A stretch of 64,000 nucleotides of DNA, taken from NCBI GenBank assembly GCA_000004985.1, contig GG738845.1. One strand, written 5' to 3'. Position numbers and translations under genes: made by a program. The notes below the pieces were generated by a model. It saw only the letters and a list, made by a program, of their open reading frames with translations. It was not told the origin of the DNA and did no database searches. Positions 56,643 to 64,000 of the stretch are shown one piece after another. Position 1 is the first letter of the stretch, and the number at the start of each line of letters is the position of its first letter. The DNA comes from Naegleria gruberi (lineage: Eukaryota).

Positions 56643-56850
56643 ATGAGTTTGAGCTGGCTGCAAATACAACAAAAAAGACATGAAGAAGCGAGTAAGGAGA
56701 AGGTAATAAAGCTCCATTGTTTGAAATTAAAATGGTGTAGCTGATCATCGTTTATCCACTATGAAGGTGAAGAACAACAAAACATCAAAGTTTGAAGGAG
56801 TTATGTTAGAGAAAGATGGTGATGATGTGCATGAATATTTCTTCAAGTGA
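56643..56850 (+). CDS. Candidate small 2-exon ORF (47 aa) of unknown function
   Basis: Exon 1 is 56643..56702 (MSLSWLQIQQKRHEEASKEK). A 64-nt intron lies at 56703..56766 (GTAATA...TGAAG). Exon 2 is 56767..56850 (VKNNKTSKFEGVMLEKDGDDVHEYFFK*). It is speculative. Confidence 0.2.
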
Positions 56851-57764
56851 AAAGATTTTTTACATCTCTCATAGAAATAACATTAAGGATGAAAGTTTTG
56901 AATTTGAATACATCATTGTGATTTGTTGATCCAATGGACAACTAGTCTGATTATTAGACCTAATAGAGTACTTTTCTTTACAATTGTTCTCTCCATTTTT
57001 CAACGACAACAGTGTTACGGCAGAATAGTTTCGCCTCTTTTTCAATGATTCTCCTCTTTTCAATTCCTACCGAAGAATCTTCAACAACAATTTGAATTGA
57101 ATTGAGAACGAACATCATGAGCATCTACTACATTCTGATTGAATCAATCAACATGTCGAATTGACAATAAAGGCAATAATTAAATACATATGCTATTATC
57201 TTTCGATTTTCATTGTAAAAACAGTAAACATGCAAAACATGCGCACCACTCAAACAAACTTCTTTACCAACAACAAAACAACTTTCAATACACAACAATA
57301 ACAGATGAGCATTAATACAATATATCATTCCATATTGCACCAACAACTCTGAAAACAACCTTGCTTTTTTTCCTTTTCTGTAATTCCCACTCAAATGGCG
57401 GCAAAACAATCATTTTCTTTTAAGGGCGGCACAACATTTCTAAACCGCCTCCCGAATACCCGAAAAAAAGAATCAAAAAAATGATGTCTGAGAACGAGCC
57501 AATGCACAAGGTGTTTGCTGATGAGTTTTACCGATTAGTAGGAGAATCATAACTTGTAAGGGACAGAGAAACGGCGATCATTCTCCTGAATAAGTAAATT
57601 TTAAACAGCACGAGTCGGCGAGAGGGATTTTAATTGGCAGCCAATAATACTACTGCTATTGTTGTTAGGTATCTTTGAAAGCTGGTTGAATTGTTTAAAT
57701 AGTTGGCCCTACATTGTGGTGAATTACAAAAAAACAACAACAAAACAAGAATAATAACAACAAG

Positions 57765-58070
57765 ATGAGCATTAACACTAATACATTCTCTTACTTTATG
57801 AGAAAGCCAGCTTTCCAATTTGCTGTCATTGGTGGTACTTTGGGTCTCTCTTTCTTCATTAACAGAGCTCAAAAATCAATGCAAGGCAAGACTTTTGAAA
57901 ACCACGTTCCAACTGATGAAATGTGGGCTTGGTATGATAAGCACTGTGCTAGACAAGGTGAAAATCAAGATATTGTCATGAAGGATCACTCTATCAACAT
58001 TCCACACATGATGGGTCGTTTCGATCGTAGAGATGAAGTTGACTCAAACCCATTCTACTTGAAGAAGTAA
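57765..58070 (+). CDS. Small single-TM protein (101 aa), possibly a mitochondrial respiratory-complex accessory subunit
   Basis: One hydrophobic helix (FQFAVIGGTLGLSFFI) with a charged tail ending NPFYLKK. Family assignment is uncertain. Confidence 0.4.
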   Translation: MSINTNTFSYFMRKPAFQFAVIGGTLGLSFFINRAQKSMQGKTFENHVPTDEMWAWYDKHCARQGENQDIVMKDHSINIPHMMGRFDRRDEVDSNPFYLKK

Positions 58071-59120
58071 ATTCGTAAATAGAAGGGCACTCAACCTACA
58101 TCAATTTAAACCCTACACTTTGTGCATTTTCCTCACTACTCTGAGGGAGATTGCAAAGAGTGTGAAATTTTGTACAAAACCTCCCTAATGATATCCCCTT
58201 ACCTTAATAAACAATTTTTAAAATCTCTTAAAGAATTCTGTATTTGTTATATGTGTGCATTTCGACTTTAGTAGTTGGGATTTGTTATTAGCTTTCATCG
58301 GATATTCCAATTAAAATTGAAGAATTAACATATGGATTAAGCAAAATAATGCTTGTAATTGCCTTTGGTTGTCAAGGAAGAATTTGATTTGTTCATTTCT
58401 AAAAACATGCATAATGGAACATCATGTATGGAAATTATGAAAAGTTTTCTCGTAGGTGAACAGACAAAGGAGGTTATTGAGCTTGTTTTTAGACGAGTCA
58501 AGTGTAAAGTGAGCTCATTCACTCCAAGGTTGGATTAGATCTCATATTTTAACAGGTAGGCTTGTTGTTTCAATTTCGTAATAAGATAACTCACTACAGT
58601 TCACTACAGTGTTTGAACATTGATGCCGCAACTCATTGTTACTCTGTAACAAACCCATCTGCTATCCTTGAAATTATTTTCTATACGAAAGAGGGAATCG
58701 TGCGATTTTCCCAACCCTATTTTTTGGTGTCTCTATTCCTTATTAGCATATCAACACCATGCGTAATAGTTGATTGTTATCATCCTTGTGCCGGTTAGAA
58801 TCAAATTAGAGGATCGGTTTACCTTGACTGAAACCAATTTAATCAGTTTACTTCCAATGTTTGTTAAGGTGTTCAATTTCATTACTTTCTGTCCTCAATC
58901 ATGATTTTTAACAAGATAGTGCGTATTGTGTTCACAATGTTCAATTTACAATTATGAGAGTGTCACTCCCTTTGATTGTGGAGCTGTGTTAAAAAAAAAA
59001 GCACTTTTCCATAACAGTGATATACTTACTATTTTAAATTAACTAGAACGTACGTTTAAATATTAAACATGCGCGATTGAATATTTAATTCTCATACATA
59101 AAAAAATACTAATATTCACA

Positions 59121-60686
59121 ATGGTCAAGCTTCAACTTGTTGCTGTCTTTGCCATTCTTTTGGTATGCATGAGTGCATTGGCTAGTTGTACCTCCTTCAA
59201 ACAAGCTTTGGGAGATTACGTCAGTCAACCAGAAAGTGCCTACTCTTACAAGTTAATTGGTTCTAGAACCATTACTGGAGCAACAATTTACACCTTGAAT
59301 GTTACTTCATTAACTTGGTTGCCAACCTCAGAAGTTGGTGCTGCCAACACTTGGTTCCACTATGTTGAAATTACCATTCCAAACAATTTGAATAAGAATA
59401 ATCATGAAAGTTTATTCTTCATTACTAATGGTGATAACAATGTTGCTGTTCCTGGTGCCACTGATGCCTCTGCCTCTCCAATTTATGTTCCTTCCTTCAT
59501 GTATAGTACTGCTGTAGCTACAAAGAGTGTTACTGCTATTGTTTATATGATTCCAAATCAACCAATTACTTATAATTCTGATCCAACTTTGGCTAGTCGT
59601 GTTGAAGATGCTATTATTGGTTATGGATGGAATCGTTTCATGAGCAATACTACAAATAGTAATCTTTTATATGTTACTCAATTGCCTCAAGTTAAGGGAA
59701 GTAAGATGGCCATGGATGCTGTTGTTTCATTTGTTAAGAAACAAGCTAATCATGTCATTGACCAATTCACTGTCAGTGGTGCTTCAAAGAGAGGGTAAGT
59801 ATATTTTAGTCAATTGAGTCATTTAACATTTTATTAGTTGGACAACCATTCTTTTGGCTGCTGTTGATAGCCGTGTTGCTGCCATTGCTCCAATGGTCAT
59901 TCCAGTATTCGGAACTAAGGATTTCATTGTCAGAACATACAATAACTTGTGTGCTTGGCCTTGGGCTTTCTATGATTATGTCAGTAATGGAGTTACTGAT
60001 AAGCTTTTCAATAATGTTTTTGAAAGTTTGACCGACATTGTTGATCCATTGAATTACAATAGATTGAAGAATATTCCAAAGTATCAAATTCTCTCATTGG
60101 GTGATGAATTCTTTGCTCCGTAAGTTTCTACATACTTTCCATTAGTTTCTAATATTATATATATATATTCAGTGATCTCAATAACCTTGCCTACTCAAAG
60201 ATTAAGGGTGAAAAGTATGTCCGTTTCATTCCAAACACTGGTCACTTGATGTTGAACTCTGACGTCTTACCAGTTCTCGGTTCCTTCTACGCCTCCAGAT
60301 TGGCCAACACTGTCCTTCCAAAGTATACCTTCTCTCACGAATTTGTCGATAACGGTGTTATTATCTATGTTTCAGTTACTAATGGTGCCAAGCCAACCTC
60401 TGTCAAATTGTGGAGTGCCACCAATCCAAGCACTCGTGATTTCAGAACCTCAACTATTGGTGCTGATGTCTGGAAGAACTCAACCTTGGTTGAAGTTAGA
60501 GAATCTGAATGGCAAGCTTTTGTTAGAAATCCAACAACTGGTTGGACTACTGCTATGATTGAATTGACTTTTGCTAATTCTGTCAGCACTGAACCATTGG
60601 TTTTCACATCAAATGCTTTCATTACTCCTGATACTTTGCCATGTAATATTAGTAAGAAGAATTTGCCAACTCACAACATGATTTAA
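59121..60686 (+). CDS. Secreted alpha/beta-hydrolase-like protein, candidate PhoPQ-activated pathogenicity-related (PqaA) family member (3 exons, 489 aa)
   Basis: The exons are 59121..59794, 59838..60119 and 60173..60686. The introns are 43 nt (59795..59837, GTAAGT...TATTAG) and 53 nt (60120..60172, GTAAGT...ATTCAG). The signal peptide is MVKLQLVAVFAILLVCMSALAS. The motif TVSGASKRG|WTTILLAAVDSRVAAIAPMV spans intron 1. Confidence 0.55.
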
Positions 60687-60882
60687 ATAAATTGTAATCT
60701 TTGAGAGTGACCATGAACTTTTTCATTATGATTGATAGTTAAGTGGTACATTCCAGTATTGACCTTAGTGTCTCGGTCCACTCTCTTCATTTCAACAGAA
60801 TTTAAATAGATTCTAGCTCTCATCAATTTTGAACTAAACAAATTTTCGTTTAAATTTTTTCAAAAAAACTTGATAAAAAAAA

Positions 60883-63670
60883 ATGGAAGTTTTGGATGAT
60901 CAATTATCTTCCTCATTGTTATTATCATCGGAGGAAGACAATTCTTCAAGCTTGAATAATAATGGCACAATAAATAATCAGCAACAACAGGAAGTAGCCA
61001 CTAGTGTAATAAATAGTGAACAATCATTTCATATTCTAGAGTACAATAACAAGTTATTAAATCAATTGGAAGAACATCAAAAAAGTCCGAATGTTATTGT
61101 TAATAGTAATAATGTATTATATCATTCTATTCAATGTTTAATTTATTGGGATTACGAAAATATTTCGTTATCATCAAATATTAATCAATTTAAAAGTAAT
61201 ACTGTGACTACAAGTGTATTTTTATCAAGTTTAATTAATAGATTGGAGGCGGAGTTACAACAATACTATAATAATTATTTAAATATGAACAATAATAATG
61301 TTGTAAATAATGTTCAAATTAAAGTCAATACACCATTTATTAAAGTATATGGAGATATGTATCAAATACCCAAGTACAGAAGAACTGAATTTTATCAAAA
61401 TGGATGTCATTTGATTGATGTTCCTCACTTGGGAACTACTAGGAAAGAAGTGGTTGATAAAATGATGTTAACAGATGTGTTAATGGATTTGAATATTTAT
61501 AATAGACCTATTTTCAATCAATTTATGAACACTCAATCCAATGTCTTACCTAGTACAGCTATAATTTTGTTAACAGGAGATCAAGATTTTTGCCATTTAC
61601 TATCAAGATTGAAATATCAATCAATTCCATCTGTTGTAATCATTAAAAAGGATCAAACTCAACACGGAGGTTCTATGTATGATTCTGATAGTGATCAATC
61701 TATTAACACTTTATTACAAGCTTCAACTTTTTGGATTCCTTTTGAAAATGTCTATAATGATTCATTGAATTTTATGAAATTTGAAAAGACTCGTTTATTG
61801 AATGGTGGAGGAGTTTTAGCATCGAACACCATTCCAACAAACAATAGTGTTTCATTACCAAATAATAACATTTTGACGACACAACCTGTCACCACTAGTA
61901 ATTACATTACCAATGGTAATACCAACAACAATACTGTTAATAATGTGTTATAATAATAACATTTCTGATGAAGATAAAAGTGGGGATGAAAAGAAGGAAG
62001 TTTCCCTTGATGAATATATTGAAAGTATTTCTCCACAAACTCCTAGAGAACTACTTCCAAAAGATATCAAACTTATTAGTTTTATTTTATTGAAATATGT
62101 GGAGCCATTAGAATTGGGAAATTTGAGTTCACAACTTGTCAACTTGAATATTACTCCTAAAAAATTGAAAAAATTCATTGAAGGTTATGATAATAGCCAA
62201 TTTATTGAGTTAATCAAGAGTAAAAACTCAACCAATATTTTACTTACAGATAGGAAGAAAATCTTAAAGTTATTGCCAAATTATGTTAAAGTTACAATTA
62301 CCAAAAAGAAGAGCCTGTTAAATATCCAATCAGCTATAACTGTTGATCATACTGTAATTGATGAAGTTGGAGAATCAAAAGAATATCCAAAATTCCAAAA
62401 GTTTGATGATGAAAATAATCATGAAGAGAATAGTAATGGAAAATTAGTAGAGCCTGCATTCAAAATGTCTTTGGAAGAATACATTATGAAATATCTTTCA
62501 GCACCAAACAAACGAGATTTAAATAGTACGGATATGTACTTGATTTGTTTCATTCTATTGTTGGAAGATAATATGGAGTTGGGAGCTTTGAGCAGCAGAT
62601 TATATCAATACAGAGTGAAACCAAGATCATTGAAAAAGAATCTGATTGAATTTAACACTTTGGGAGATAAGAACGGTCAATTGGTTGGCATTTTCAAATT
62701 AGAACAGAGAGGAAACATGTTGTTTATTGCATTGACAGACAGAAATGTTGTCATGAATTTATTACCAAAGAATGTAGAGTTTACTCCACCTCCTAAAACT
62801 CCACTATCCTTAATACTGAATAATAGTATTTTTGGTGATAACAACCAATTAATATCTCCAAATGTAAGCCAGTTAATACCAAAACAAACTCAATTAGCCA
62901 AATTACCGAAAAAGGTACTATCTGAGAATAATATTGTAGATGCTAGCCCTACTGCCGTGCCATCGTCACCAAGCAAATTAGCAAGTAGTTCAGATAATGA
63001 TGATAATTTATCTGTGGGAAGAGCAAGTGTTTCATCCAGTGGTGCATCCTCTTCTCAAAGTGTTGGAAATGAAAGCAATGATAGTCCTGCAAACAAGGAT
63101 GGAGAGGAGGAGGAATCGTCTGTTTCTTCTGGCAATGAAAACATTGAAGGAAAGAAGAGTATCACCAATGATATCCTGATGGAATTGGAGGATACAGTCA
63201 AGGATTTCAAGGATCAAAAGATGAGCTACTTGACAGTGAAAAATCATTACACCAAGTTGGGATTCAACACTAAACACTTGCAAAGAAAAATTGTACAATT
63301 ATCTCCTCACTTGAATGTTGTTCAAAGAGGAAATGAAATGGTAATTGAATACGACAGTCAAAAAACAACCACTGTACCTTCCAATCTATCGAATAATTTA
63401 CAAGTTTATTCAAAGAAGGAACATAAGGTTGCAACATTCCATGATATTTTGAAAATTATTGAAGATTTATCTTCCAGCTATCCATATGAGGCAGATCTTT
63501 CTCTTGTTGGTACAATTGTAAAACAATTAGGATGGCGTGTTGAAGGTAATATGAAATTGAAAGATTTTCTCCAAATGAATGATACTTCACAAATATTACA
63601 ATTTGACAAGACCAAGAATAATTGGATGATTAAAATCAAAAAGAAAACAAAGAAACAAACTCTCAATTAA
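60883..63670 (+). CDS. MARF1/limkain-b1-like protein with an NYN ribonuclease domain followed by about four LOTUS (OST-HTH) repeats
   Basis: The NYN region is IYWDYENIS...NGCHLIDVPHLGTTRKEVVDKMMLTDVLMDL...AIILLTGDQDFCHLLSRLKYQSIPSVVII. Repeated units of the form ...ISFILLKYVEPLELGNLSSQL...KKFIEGY...ILLTDRKKILKLLPNYVKV follow. Track ORFs 60883..61953 and 61913..63670 would be joined by a tentative 58-nt intron at 61916..61973 (GTAATA...GATGAAG), giving exons 60883..61915 and 61974..63670. An alternative is a 34-nt intron at 61947..61980. A frameshift is not excluded. Confidence 0.55.
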
Positions 63671-63760
63671 AAATTGATACAACAAGCTTAATTATAATAA
63701 TTGAAAAAATCTTTAATCCAATAATAGTCAATTTACATTTAAAATATCAATCAAAAAAAA

Positions 63761-64000
63761 ATGTCAAACGTGGACCTCCAACAAGTACAAACCACTACCA
63801 CTAGTAATAAATTAAATTTAGTAAAATTAAAAGAATATGTTACTGAACAATTTAATCATAATTTATTACCAGTATTAGAAGATTTTATTCGTATTCCTAA
63901 TTTATCACCTAATTTTGATAAAGAAGTATTAAGTAATGGACATATGGAACAAGCCTTGAGTTTAATTGTACATTGGATTAAAAATCAAAATATCAAAGGT
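63761..64000 (+). CDS. 5' part of a gene, possibly an M20-family metallopeptidase; truncated by the window end
   Basis: The ATG is at 63761. The N terminus is MSNVDLQQVQTTTTSNKLNLVKLKEYVTEQFNHNLLPVLEDFIRIPNLSPNFD. Confidence 0.35.
   Translation, partial: MSNVDLQQVQTTTTSNKLNLVKLKEYVTEQFNHNLLPVLEDFIRIPNLSPNFDKEVLSNGHMEQALSLIVHWIKNQNIKG

Noticed and set aside
58100-58250. Inverted repeat GAGGGAG…CTCCCT about 70 nt downstream of the 57765..58070 gene, and the direct repeat tcactacagt x2 at 58590
   Set aside because: These are short, single occurrences. They are plausible 3'UTR structure but there is nothing to distinguish them from chance.
1-64000. Prokaryotic-style features (operons, RBS, CRISPR arrays, IS elements) and eukaryotic transposons or retroelements
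   Set aside because: The sequence is clearly spliced eukaryotic nuclear DNA. I saw no direct-repeat/spacer arrays, no reverse-transcriptase (YxDD), integrase or transposase motifs in any frame, and no long terminal or inverted repeats.

Overview
This window is compact, AT-rich (about 65-70% AT) nuclear DNA from a unicellular eukaryote, not a prokaryote. It has no operons or CRISPR arrays. TAA is the main stop codon, proteins carry N/Q/T/S low-complexity tracts, and genes sit about 1.8 kb apart on both strands. Introns are very short (34-82 nt) and mostly begin GTAAGT or GTTTGT and end YAG. This most resembles a dictyostelid-type amoebozoan genome, but that is an inference only.

I infer about 35 protein-coding genes and one tRNA-Ala(AGC). 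Many pairs of ORFs in the six-frame track are really single genes joined by micro-introns. Domains and motifs I recognise from the sequence include SMC4, a double-MACPF secreted protein, Pam16/Magmas, MIC60, RRP8, a Ras/Rap-like GTPase, a BEM46-like hydrolase, Pcf11, a PPPDE/DeSI peptidase, RCL1, a PP2A B'' subunit, thioredoxin, an ELO elongase, Exo70, Tctex-type dynein light chain, a syntaxin-like SNARE, a PqaA-like hydrolase and a MARF1-like NYN+LOTUS protein.

The most notable candidate is a roughly 6.5 kb, 4-exon gene encoding a polytopic membrane protein that carries a PAS domain, a class III nucleotidyl cyclase domain and an RGS domain in one polypeptide. Second is a secreted protein with two complete MACPF domains in tandem. 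Third is a palindromic E2F-like motif, TTTGGCGCCAAA, that recurs in at least six promoters, several of them divergent. I found no transposons and no rRNA. Apart from the ORF track, every call here comes from reading the sequence by eye; I ran no database search.
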